A DNA stretch of 64,000 nt from an uncultured Rikenella sp. Lineage in GTDB: Bacteria; Bacteroidota; Bacteroidia; Bacteroidales; VadinHA17. The stretch covers positions 4,565-68,564 of the forward strand of contig CAZUIF010000016.1 of the NCBI GenBank assembly GCA_964621005.1. Direction: 5' to 3'. This document shows positions 26,033 through 34,887 of the stretch, piece by piece. The notes under the pieces are model-generated. The model made no database searches, was not told the DNA's origin, and saw nothing but the letters and a program-made list of their open reading frames with translations. How positions within the stretch are numbered: the stretch's first letter is position 1; every line of letters starts with the position of its first letter. A program made the translations under genes and the position numbers.

Positions 26033-26863
26033 TCAGGAAGCCGGTTTGAACACCCAGACCCATCCTGATGACCACTCAGCGTCATCAATAAAGAGGACAA
26101 GGCGGTCAGCCGTAAATTCCTTGATCTGGTAAATTCCCTTATTGCCAAGGCTTGCGCCGCCTGAACCGGGATAGGAACCCAGGATGTCAGCAGGCCCCTT
26201 GATGATAAGTTTGGTAAAGTCGGCATTGAAGCCCCAGGTGCTTCCCGTGACGGGAGTAGCGGTTGGAGAGGCATAATAGGTGAAGTTTGCGCCGCCGTCA
26301 AGGTCAAAGACCATTTTGCCGGAAACATCAGAAGGCGGGCAGCATTCGCCACCTGCGTTCCACCAGAATTCCAGCCAGTTATATCCGGCAACCATGTACC
26401 ACCAGCGTCTGTTATCACCGCCAACCCCGTCGAAAACCCATGTCTTGCCTTCAAGGTTTGCCCCGACGAGTTTATAGTAGGCCTCCGGGAGAGCATGGTC
26501 AAGCTGGTTAATAGTTACCTCTACGCTTTTGGTCGGATAGGTTACATTTGATATGTCGCCATTCTCGATGTAAGGAGTTGTGACATGGAATGTAAAAGTG
26601 CTCTTGCCCGGGATGGGAAAAATCACTTCCACCCTATCTGAGGACTTCGTATCAATTATATAGTCCCAATACCCGGCTATGCCTGGTGTATTCATCCTGA
26701 TAGAGAGCTCATTGCCTCCCGGTGTTGACTGGATCACCTCGACCTGGATATCATTGGGGTCGAAGCTGTTTGAGAGAACCTGCCTGTTCTCTATCGGTTC
26801 GCATGCTGCAAGGAAAAGTGACAGCGCTCCGACGAACAAACCTATTGCTTTATATACTTTCAT
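26033..26863 (-). CDS. SusE/F-like surface lipoprotein of the SusC/D locus (hypothetical)
   Basis: Lipobox LFLAACE. It sits immediately downstream of SusD. The product call rests on position only. Confidence 0.5.
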   Translation of the reverse strand: MKVYKAIGLFVGALSLFLAACEPIENRQVLSNSFDPNDIQVEVIQSTPGGNELSIRMNTPGIAGYWDYIIDTKSSDRVEVIFPIPGKSTFTFHVTTPYIENGDISNVTYPTKSVEVTINQLDHALPEAYYKLVGANLEGKTWVFDGVGGDNRRWWYMVAGYNWLEFWWNAGGECCPPSDVSGKMVFDLDGGANFTYYASPTATPVTGSTWGFNADFTKLIIKGPADILGSYPGSGGASLGNKGIYQIKEFTADRLVLFIDDAEWSSGWVWVFKPAS

Positions 26864-26895
26864 TTTTGTAAAGTTTTAATTTGTTAGACTACCTG

Positions 26896-28611
26896 TTACC
26901 ATCCGGGATTCTGTTCATAGACGCCGTTGGAGAGGCGGATTTCTGATTCCGGTATCGGAACAAGCCCTTTTGTTTCTGGGCGGTAAGCGTTGGTGTACAC
27001 AGCTGCCACCCCTGAATTCATTACGTTACATGGAGTGGAGAAAAAGTTCTTGTCAGCTTTCTCAACATCACCCCATCTTACAAGGTCAAACCATCTCAGA
27101 CCCTCAAAGGCGAGTTCATAAAGTCTCTCCTTCTTGAGGTTATCGAGTGACCAGGCAACCGGATCAAGTCCTGCCCTGGCCCTGACAGCGTTCATGCCTG
27201 TGGCTGTTTCAGTGAGCTCGGAATGCATCAGAAGCACCTCTGCATATCTCAGGTAGTAGAAATCCTGGGCATGCCACAGCTGCATATCCTTGTTCGTGGA
27301 ACCGTAGATATAGTAGAACATACCGCCTACTCCGTCAGCTCCGTTATGCTGCAGGCTTATATACTTCTTGTTGAAGAGGCCTGTTTCATGGTCGCCCTTG
27401 TTTGCCTGGTATCCTCCGGTGCCCTGTTCTGCTTTACCCATTTCCAGCACAGAGCCGAGTTTCCTGGGGTCATCATTAGGCCATGAATTGAAGAATGCAG
27501 AGTGAACGGGTCCCCATCCCCAGCCTTCGGCGAAAGGAACAAGTGAATTGCCCCTGATACCAAAGAAGAGAGCTGTGCGGTTATTGTATTTGGGACCTTC
27601 ATCCCATCCCCAGTTGCCGAATGCAAATCTTTTGGCAAACATGACTTCTTTATTACCTGTACCCACTGTTGAGTTGGGGCCATCCTGGCCGACCCATTCA
27701 AGACCTTCTGTCTCAGCCCAGGGCAGGACGGTTGATCCGGCACTGGTATTGACATAGGAGTACGGCCACAGATTCCTGAAATCAGGTGTAAGTTCGTAGT
27801 GGCTGTTTGCCATCACATCCTCGAGCTGGGTTATTACCTGAGCTTTTGTCAGGCTTCCGCCTTCAGGAAGAGGAAGTTCCGTGGTAGCCTGCTTCTCAAT
27901 GTTTGTCATATAACCCGTATAGAACAGGAATGTGCGTGCTATATAGGCTTTTGCCACCCAGCGGTTGGCGTGACCGTATTCGGCAAGCGGAACTGTCATA
28001 GGGTTAATGGCTGGCATAATTTCAGCAGCTTTTATAAAGTCAGCAGCTATCTGGCTGAATGTCTCGGTGAATGTTGAACGAGCCACATCCCTGGGTGAAC
28101 CGGTAGTGGGAATAAGTGGCATGCCACCGAAGAACCTGGCGGCACGGTACATGAAGAATCCCCTCATGAAGTATGCTTCGCCAAGAGCGGTATTCTTGAA
28201 ATTCTCAGCCTCGGCAGCCGTATTGAAGTAGCTTGAATAGTCAGCCTCAGCCACGGCTTCGATGATGGCATTGGTACGATAAACGCCATTGTAAGTCTGC
28301 TTCCAGAGGTCACTGTATGTATCTTCTGTCGGATCAATGAAGTTGTCACAGTTCTTGGCAGTAATATCATCCGGGCCGCCGCCACCGAGCATATAGTCAC
28401 TCATGAGGTTTGCAGAAACATGTTCCTCGCTGAATACTCCATTGACATACAGGGCGTTATAAGCTCCGGCCATGGCTTCTGTAATATCAGCCGGTGTTTG
28501 GTAAAAGTTGGTAAGATCCTTCTTATAAAGGTTCCGTGTATCGAGAAAACTCTCACAGCCACTTACCAGAAGGGCTGTCGCAGCAACTATAATATATATA
28601 AATTTTTTCAT
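26896..28611 (-). CDS. SusD/RagB-family nutrient-binding outer-membrane lipoprotein
   Basis: Lipobox LLVSGCES and a TPR-like SusD N-terminal pattern (FLDTRNLYKKDLTNFYQTPADI...AYNALY). It starts 14 nt after SusC and ends ...GVYEQNPGW. Confidence 0.9.
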   Translation of the reverse strand: MKKFIYIIVAATALLVSGCESFLDTRNLYKKDLTNFYQTPADITEAMAGAYNALYVNGVFSEEHVSANLMSDYMLGGGGPDDITAKNCDNFIDPTEDTYSDLWKQTYNGVYRTNAIIEAVAEADYSSYFNTAAEAENFKNTALGEAYFMRGFFMYRAARFFGGMPLIPTTGSPRDVARSTFTETFSQIAADFIKAAEIMPAINPMTVPLAEYGHANRWVAKAYIARTFLFYTGYMTNIEKQATTELPLPEGGSLTKAQVITQLEDVMANSHYELTPDFRNLWPYSYVNTSAGSTVLPWAETEGLEWVGQDGPNSTVGTGNKEVMFAKRFAFGNWGWDEGPKYNNRTALFFGIRGNSLVPFAEGWGWGPVHSAFFNSWPNDDPRKLGSVLEMGKAEQGTGGYQANKGDHETGLFNKKYISLQHNGADGVGGMFYYIYGSTNKDMQLWHAQDFYYLRYAEVLLMHSELTETATGMNAVRARAGLDPVAWSLDNLKKERLYELAFEGLRWFDLVRWGDVEKADKNFFSTPCNVMNSGVAAVYTNAYRPETKGLVPIPESEIRLSNGVYEQNPGW

Positions 28612-28624
28612 TATCTGGCTTTAT

Positions 28625-31600
28625 TTAAAATGTTACACTGGCACCAAACATAACCGTTCTCGGGAGGGGATAAAGTCCCAGATCAGCACCTGTAGCCCAG
28701 GGAAAGCCGTCGGGTGAATAGCCCACATCAGGATCCATCCCGTCATACTTTGTGAAAGTATGCAGGTTACTAACAGAAGCATAAACTGATGCACCCTTGA
28801 CCCAGTTCAGGTTTTTCAGGAGATTGCCAAGCCTGTATCCAACTACAACGTTGCTGATTCTTAAAAAGTCGGCATCATGCACAAATATGTCGGAAATCAG
28901 GTTTGTATTGCGGGTAGAGGCATATCCCAGTCTCGGAATTCTGTTTGAGGTGCCTTCACCGTGCCAGCGGCCGAATATCTGTGTTGTATAGTTCTGGGTG
29001 AAATTATCGGCGAAGGATCTATACGACTGCATTACCTGCATACCGAATTTTCCAACCAGGGTAGCGTTTGCATAAATGCCTTTGTACTCTACGTTTAGCT
29101 GAAGTCCCATCTCAAAATCAGGAAGCGGGCTGCCAATCATTACTTTGTCCAGATCATCTATTACGCCGTCCTTGTTCTGGTCAACGAATTTTACGTCACC
29201 GGGGCGCTGGTCCTCAAAATAGGGATTGCCTTCAGGTGTGACCCATGCATCAACATCGGTCTGGTTCTGTAGGAGACCGTCAGTTTGCAGGCCGTAGAAG
29301 AAACCGATCGGGAATCCAACTTCAACTCTTGAAATAGAGGCAGTTCCCTGTGAGAGCTGATGCCCCGGGCCGTTTATAATACCTTCAGCATTGGCAAGGC
29401 GGGTTACAATGTTCGTGTTTTTTGTACCACTTAAAGAACCACCGTAGATAAAGTCCCCAATCTGATTCTTATAATTGATTGTAAACTCAATACCTGCGTT
29501 TTTAATGTCACCGCCATTTATAAAGGGAGCTTTCGCACCCGAGGTACCCAGAATAGGGGCTTCTACAAGCCAGTCTTTGGTCATCTTACGATAATAGTCG
29601 AATGACAGCCCAAGGGTTGACTTGAAGAAACGGGCATCAATACCGATGTTCAGCTGTTCTGAAGTTTCCCATGTAACATCAGGGTTAGGGACGTTTTCTG
29701 GTATTGCTGTCGGTGAAGTGACAAGTTTATCCGGACCAAAATAGTATCCCTGGTCGAGATAATCAATGTTTGAATTATAGATGAAGTTATCAATGCTCTG
29801 GTTACCGTTCTGTCCCCAGCTTGCACGAAGCTTGCCAAAACTAAGCCATGGATTGTTCTTCATGAAATCTTCTTCAGTGAATATCCATCCGGCAGAAACT
29901 GACGGGAAGAAGCCCCAGCGGTTTCCTTTTGCGAAGTTTGATGAACCGTCAGCGCGGAAGACAGCATCAAATATGTATTTCTCCCTGAAGTTGTATGATA
30001 CCCGGCCGTAGTAGGAGAGCAATCCGCCCCCCTGTGCAGCATAATCTGCACCCCAGGTCCCTATTCCGGCAAGAGACTCGGCAACCACATTATCCAGGTA
30101 GGCGTAATCCGGCAGACCGAAAATCGATTTTGTCTTGCTTCCACCAACATTGCTGTTCAGAACATTATCGAGGATTTCATTTCCTGCAAGGACACTGAAC
30201 TTATGTTGTCCTATTGCGAAATCATATGAAACAGTATTTGTTAGGGTAAAATTAATACCCTGATACATTGTCTGCTCAACCCTGTCATTCGCATTATTGT
30301 ACTGGGTTGAAAGCCTGTAGGTGGGAGCCCAGATCCTGTTGTGGCCAAACCATGAGTTTATGCCAAATGATGATCTGATACGAAGATTCTTTACAGGTTC
30401 AATATTGACGTATGCATTTCCCGTGACTGTGTTTCCCTTGCCCCACTGGAAGTTGGAGCGGTTGTAGAACAGCATTGCAAGCGGGTTGGTCTGACCAAGG
30501 GAGATACCTTCGAGGGTGGGAGTAAAGCCGTACGGGTCAGGAGACTTATCCCAGTATGCGGGAAGCAGCGGATTTGTAACAAGTGCATTGTGGAGGTCGT
30601 TCCAGTAGATGTCACCGGTTCCCAGCCATTTGTTCTGAGAATTATTGAATGTAAAGTTTTCACCTATCGTTATAATGTCATGGCTGGCACTTTTAACGAG
30701 CACCATTTCAGAGTTAAGGCGTGCAGTGAGCCTTTTGTAGCCGGCATTTATCAGGTCGCCGCCGAGTATACCTCTCTGGTCAAAGTATGATACCCCGAGG
30801 GCGTAGATCACATCCTTGGAAGAGCCGGAGATATTGATTGAGTGGTTCTGAACAGGTGCATTCTTCATTGACATCTCATCAACCCAGTCTGTTCCTTTCC
30901 AACCGGCCTGTAGTTTTGCCCAGACCTCTTCTCCCAGCTGGGTGCCCAGATTGGCGGGGAATTTGTTGGCGGGGTCATTGAGATAGGAGTTGTTTTTAAG
31001 CACTTCTTCCCAATTGTTCGGAGCCATCTTGTCGTTTAAACGCCCTTCATCCATTATGAACATGTACTCCTGGGCATTGAGTGCAGGAAGCTTTTTGTAG
31101 ATGTTCTGCATCCCGTAGTAGTAGTCATATGTAATAACAGGCGCTGATCCCTTTACTCCCTTCTTGGTTGTAACAAGGATAACCCCGTTAGCAGCCCTGG
31201 ATCCGTAGATTGCTGAGGAAGCTGCATCCTTGAGGACATCAATAGACTCGATGTCAGATGCGTTGAGATAGTCAATGTTTCCGACGGATACGCCGTCAAC
31301 AATGTAAAGAGGAGCAGAATTGCCAATTGTACCGAGGCCTCTGATTGAAACCTTTGTTCCTGCAGCAGGTGCACCGCTGTTCCTGGTGATGCTGATACCG
31401 GTGGCGATACCCTGCAATGCTTCCATTGCAGTGGAGGTATTGAGTTCAGCGATCTGGTCACCCTTGACGTTCAGGTTTGCACCGGTTACGAGGGCTTTTT
31501 TCTGGACACCGTACCCGATTACCACAATCTCGTCGAGGTCGGTGGGTGCATCAGCCATTGTAACATCAACTGAGGCGGAATTGACAGTCACCTCAACAGG

Positions 31601-31831
31601 CGTCATGCCGATGAAGGTGAACCTCAGTGTTGATCCCATCCGTGCCTGGATGGAGTAGGTGCCGTCTGCACCTGAGAGGACACCGGTACTGGTACCGGCA
31701 ACCATAATTGTCACCCCGGGAAGAGGGCTCCCGTCGGCCTGGTAGGTTACGCGTCCTTTTACCGTAACCTCTTGTGCAACCAGAACCTGGGTAAACACTG
31801 CAAGGACTAATAGCATTACAGCTTTTTTCAT
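28625..31831 (-). CDS. SusC/RagA-family TonB-dependent outer-membrane transporter
   Basis: N-terminal carboxypeptidase-regulatory-like domain (VKGRVTYQADGSPLPGVTIMV), VVIGYGVQKKALVTGA, a plug, and a terminal ...MFGASVTF. Confidence 0.9.
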   Translation of the reverse strand: MKKAVMLLVLAVFTQVLVAQEVTVKGRVTYQADGSPLPGVTIMVAGTSTGVLSGADGTYSIQARMGSTLRFTFIGMTPVEVTVNSASVDVTMADAPTDLDEIVVIGYGVQKKALVTGANLNVKGDQIAELNTSTAMEALQGIATGISITRNSGAPAAGTKVSIRGLGTIGNSAPLYIVDGVSVGNIDYLNASDIESIDVLKDAASSAIYGSRAANGVILVTTKKGVKGSAPVITYDYYYGMQNIYKKLPALNAQEYMFIMDEGRLNDKMAPNNWEEVLKNNSYLNDPANKFPANLGTQLGEEVWAKLQAGWKGTDWVDEMSMKNAPVQNHSINISGSSKDVIYALGVSYFDQRGILGGDLINAGYKRLTARLNSEMVLVKSASHDIITIGENFTFNNSQNKWLGTGDIYWNDLHNALVTNPLLPAYWDKSPDPYGFTPTLEGISLGQTNPLAMLFYNRSNFQWGKGNTVTGNAYVNIEPVKNLRIRSSFGINSWFGHNRIWAPTYRLSTQYNNANDRVEQTMYQGINFTLTNTVSYDFAIGQHKFSVLAGNEILDNVLNSNVGGSKTKSIFGLPDYAYLDNVVAESLAGIGTWGADYAAQGGGLLSYYGRVSYNFREKYIFDAVFRADGSSNFAKGNRWGFFPSVSAGWIFTEEDFMKNNPWLSFGKLRASWGQNGNQSIDNFIYNSNIDYLDQGYYFGPDKLVTSPTAIPENVPNPDVTWETSEQLNIGIDARFFKSTLGLSFDYYRKMTKDWLVEAPILGTSGAKAPFINGGDIKNAGIEFTINYKNQIGDFIYGGSLSGTKNTNIVTRLANAEGIINGPGHQLSQGTASISRVEVGFPIGFFYGLQTDGLLQNQTDVDAWVTPEGNPYFEDQRPGDVKFVDQNKDGVIDDLDKVMIGSPLPDFEMGLQLNVEYKGIYANATLVGKFGMQVMQSYRSFADNFTQNYTTQIFGRWHGEGTSNRIPRLGYASTRNTNLISDIFVHDADFLRISNVVVGYRLGNLLKNLNWVKGASVYASVSNLHTFTKYDGMDPDVGYSPDGFPWATGADLGLYPLPRTVMFGASVTF

Positions 31832-31982
31832 AGAATCAGGTTTTAGAAAAGGTTAAAATGAATAAAACAGGTTGATTAAGGGTTGATTCCCCTAAGATAA
31901 TAAAAATTAAATACGAAACCCACCTGAAATGATAAATGTAACTTGCCCGTATCAAGCAAGATAAATAACATGGCCGGATGAC

Positions 31983-33104
31983 CTAAAGATCCTTCTGGTA
32001 AATCCTGAATTTCTTGACAACCTTGCAGCCAATGCGCTCATATTCACCTCTCATCCTGAGATTATCCTCAAGTACGAGATGACTGTCGATTGTCTCCATC
32101 CTGCTGTTGATGGCATCCTGGAGTATCTTAACTCCCATGAGTACGTCAATACCCTTTCCCCTGAACTCCTTTTTAACCCCGCCAAGCATCATTATCAGTT
32201 TGCGGGAACGTTTAGATTCACTGAGTACTTTGAAAATGCCGAAGGGAAGGAGTCTTCCGTGGCAGGCTTTGATTCCGGCGCTCAGATCCGGCATCCCTAT
32301 GGCAAAGCCTATCGCCTGGCCGTCTTTCTTCACTGCCTTTATGAACTTGGGATCAAGGATGGGGAGATAGCGTGCTGCGAAGTCCTTTTTCTCCTTGTCA
32401 TTAAGCGGCACGAATCCATATATTTCCGAGAATGTTTCATTCATCAGTTCCAGGATCGGGACAATATATGGCTTTAGCTGCTTTTTGGTTGTGAATTCTA
32501 TTATATCGAACTCCCTGTTGCGTGTTATCCTTTCCAGCACCCTTTCGTAGACAACAGGAAATTCATTCGGGATTTCACCCAGGTAGTTTACGAGGTCGAC
32601 CTTTTTGGTATAGCCCTCAGCTTCAACCAGTGTCACCATGTAGGGGGAGTTGTTGGCACTCGTGATGAACTGCGGGTACTGGAATCCCTCAATCTGGAAC
32701 CCCTGCGGGTCCTTGTCTGAAAATCCGAGCGGGCCAACAAGTTTGCTCATACCGTTCTGCCTGGCCCAGTCTTCTATGCGGCTGAGGAGTGCATGGAATA
32801 CATCGGGGTCATTGTAGCACTCCATAAAGCAGAAACGGCCGTGGTTTTCATGGTTGATCTCGTTGTACCGGCGGTTGATGATCCCCATGATTCTTCCCAC
32901 GGGTCTGCGGTCCCTGTAGGCTATCAGGAGCAGCGCATCGGCATAGCCGTACGATTTGTTTTTCTTTTTGTTATAGAGCTCCCGCTCATCCATATAGATT
33001 GGCGGAAGCCATTCAGGTTCATTTTTGTGAACCTTTTCAGGCAGGTAGATGAAATCACGGAGTTCCTTTCGTGTAATAACCTCTTTTACGGTAATTTCTC
33101 CCAT
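31983..33104 (-). CDS. GNAT-superfamily acyltransferase (~373 aa, two-lobed)
   Basis: Acyl-CoA-binding-like motif KKEFRGKGIDVLMGV in the C-terminal lobe. I chose the start at MGEITVKEV (33104) because the longer ORF to 33215 overlaps the upstream gene. Confidence 0.6.
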   Translation of the reverse strand: MGEITVKEVITRKELRDFIYLPEKVHKNEPEWLPPIYMDERELYNKKKNKSYGYADALLLIAYRDRRPVGRIMGIINRRYNEINHENHGRFCFMECYNDPDVFHALLSRIEDWARQNGMSKLVGPLGFSDKDPQGFQIEGFQYPQFITSANNSPYMVTLVEAEGYTKKVDLVNYLGEIPNEFPVVYERVLERITRNREFDIIEFTTKKQLKPYIVPILELMNETFSEIYGFVPLNDKEKKDFAARYLPILDPKFIKAVKKDGQAIGFAIGMPDLSAGIKACHGRLLPFGIFKVLSESKRSRKLIMMLGGVKKEFRGKGIDVLMGVKILQDAINSRMETIDSHLVLEDNLRMRGEYERIGCKVVKKFRIYQKDL

Positions 33105-33135
33105 GGCGGTCAGGTTGAGTGGCGATAAAGATAGT

Positions 33136-33852
33136 TTAAGTTTTCTCTTTGAGTTCCTTTTTGTCAATATCATCAGCCACACGAAGCATATGTCTCGTGT
33201 CGATGACATTGACAAAAAAGAGGGCTGTCACCACAACAAGGGCAGAATAGTTGAGTGATCCCGGAAGGAGAACTTCGGCAATCATTATCAGGCCGATTAT
33301 TATCCGTACCTCCGTCGGTCCCATTTTCCCGGAGTCGATTGAGTATTTTCCTGTTATATATAATCTTATGAGCGCTATTATCATTTCCCATCCGTAAAGC
33401 ACCACAAATCCGTATCCAAGCATTTTCCAGGGACCTTCGGCATAGATTATATACCCGAATCCTATAAGTATGATGCTTATCCAGTCAATTGTAATATCAA
33501 GGGTGAATCCGTACTTCTTCCTCGGTTTGTTCCTGTAGTAGGCAAGCCTGCCGTCAAGGGAGTCTCCGAACCAGCTGATTGCAAAGCCTGCCAGACCCAG
33601 CAGCAGAAAGCTTTTGCTGAATTGTGACGCGAGGATGAAACTTGCAGAAACTGTCATGTTGCCGAAGAACCCGATGCCGGTAAGCATGTTGGACGTAATG
33701 AAGGAGGGAATTCTCTTCACCAGCCATGATATGGCTATCTCTTCCTGCTTCTTGAGAAGATTTGTCCTTGTCCTGTCACTAAAGACATTCCTGAGAACCT
33801 CGCCGTTGAAAAGCGATTTAAAGTTGGTCCTTTGGGGGTTCTTTACTGCCAT
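33136..33852 (-). CDS. CDP-alcohol phosphatidyltransferase family membrane protein
   Basis: Signature DSLDGRLAYYRNKPRKKYGFTLDITID (DG..A...G...D...D) in a multi-TM protein. Confidence 0.75.
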   Translation of the reverse strand: MAVKNPQRTNFKSLFNGEVLRNVFSDRTRTNLLKKQEEIAISWLVKRIPSFITSNMLTGIGFFGNMTVSASFILASQFSKSFLLLGLAGFAISWFGDSLDGRLAYYRNKPRKKYGFTLDITIDWISIILIGFGYIIYAEGPWKMLGYGFVVLYGWEMIIALIRLYITGKYSIDSGKMGPTEVRIIIGLIMIAEVLLPGSLNYSALVVVTALFFVNVIDTRHMLRVADDIDKKELKEKT

Positions 33853-33873
33853 GGCAGAAATTTGCCTTCTAAG

Positions 33874-34722
33874 TTATATCAATTTACCAGGAACAAACTC
33901 CCCGGGTAAGGGCATTTCATAGACTTTTTTTCTGAGATAGTCACCCAGTGACGCCGGATCATTAAATTGCGACTGTTCCTCAGCTGTGATAAGTTCACCT
34001 ATACCGAGGCGCTGTTGGCGGCTCCGTTTGTTGAATACCTCGGAGGGAAGCCTCAGAAGCCTGACCCTCCAGTTTATAAGCCCCAGGAAATAGAAAAATG
34101 GTGAGTTTTTGTCAAAAAACCTTATTGGAAGCACCGGAACCTTCACCGAATGGATAAGGTGCAGAATGCTCTGCTGCCAGCGGCGGTCCCTGACCTTCAT
34201 ATCCCTGAGACTGAAGTCGGAGACGGCACCCGAAGGGAAGAATCCCAGGGGGTGGCCGGCATGAAGGTGTCCGATGGCTTCACGGATGCCATGAATGCTT
34301 GCCGCCTTGATGCCTGTATTTTTATTACCTGCCGGAACTACCGGGATGAAGTTGCAGTCAAGGGTTTTAATCATTGAGAGGATCCTGTTGACAATGAACT
34401 TGTAGTCCGGCCTGATCCGTGCCATCAGATCAATTGTGATGATCCCGTCAAGTCCGCCGTAAGGATGGTTTGAGACGGTAATGAACGGTCCTGCAGGCAG
34501 CACCTTCAGTCTTTCGGCATTACCCACAAGGTAGCTGACACCTATGTCATCGAGCAGCCTTGAGGTGAAATCAGGTCCTTTCCATGCCCCCGAGTTGTCA
34601 TAAACCATGTTGACCCTGTCAATGGCAAGGAACCTGATAACCTGTTCCGCAAACCGCTGGCCATATATCCCCCTGAAAAGGAATGACAACGGCTCCAGAT
34701 CTTTTGGTTCAACAACTTTCAT
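33874..34722 (-). CDS. PlsC/lysophospholipid-acyltransferase-family protein (GlsA/OlsA-like O-acyltransferase)
   Basis: Acyltransferase block VSNHPYGGLDG, followed by FFPSGAVS. Confidence 0.65.
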   Translation of the reverse strand: MKVVEPKDLEPLSFLFRGIYGQRFAEQVIRFLAIDRVNMVYDNSGAWKGPDFTSRLLDDIGVSYLVGNAERLKVLPAGPFITVSNHPYGGLDGIITIDLMARIRPDYKFIVNRILSMIKTLDCNFIPVVPAGNKNTGIKAASIHGIREAIGHLHAGHPLGFFPSGAVSDFSLRDMKVRDRRWQQSILHLIHSVKVPVLPIRFFDKNSPFFYFLGLINWRVRLLRLPSEVFNKRSRQQRLGIGELITAEEQSQFNDPASLGDYLRKKVYEMPLPGEFVPGKLI

Positions 34723-34733
34723 AACCGCTCATT

Positions 34734-34741
34734 CAAATTTA
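34734..34741 (-). promoter_or_regulatory. Candidate -7 promoter box TAAATTTG for the acyltransferase operon
   Basis: Exact TAnnTTTG on the minus strand, 12 nt upstream of the ATG at 34722. That would give a very short leader. Confidence 0.3.
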
Positions 34742-34833
34742 CAAATTCCCTGAAATATTGTAAGGCGGAGATTATTGCCGCTGTTTCTTCCTGACTGATG
34801 ACCAAAACATTGCAATTCCTGACCTAAAAACAA

Positions 34834-34841
34834 TATATTTG
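34834..34841 (+). promoter_or_regulatory. Candidate -7 promoter box TATATTTG for the GH20 gene
   Basis: Exact TAnnTTTG, 47 nt upstream of the ATG at 34888. Confidence 0.35.
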
Positions 34842-34887
34842 GGACCATGTTCCATTCAACAATCGAGCTGATTAAAACACAGAATCA

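Noticed and set aside
25963-26502. 179-aa minus-strand ORF overlapping the SusE-like lipoprotein gene in another frame
   Set aside because: The alternative frame (26033-26863) has a proper lipoprotein signal and sits directly downstream of SusD. This frame is Pro/Ser/Thr-rich with no start context.
33105-33215. Longer N-terminus for the GNAT gene (start at 33215)
   Set aside because: It would overlap the upstream CDP-alcohol phosphatidyltransferase gene by 80 nt. The extra residues (MSMSSTRDICFVWLMILTKRNSKRK...) look non-native. The Met at 33104 gives a 31-nt spacer.
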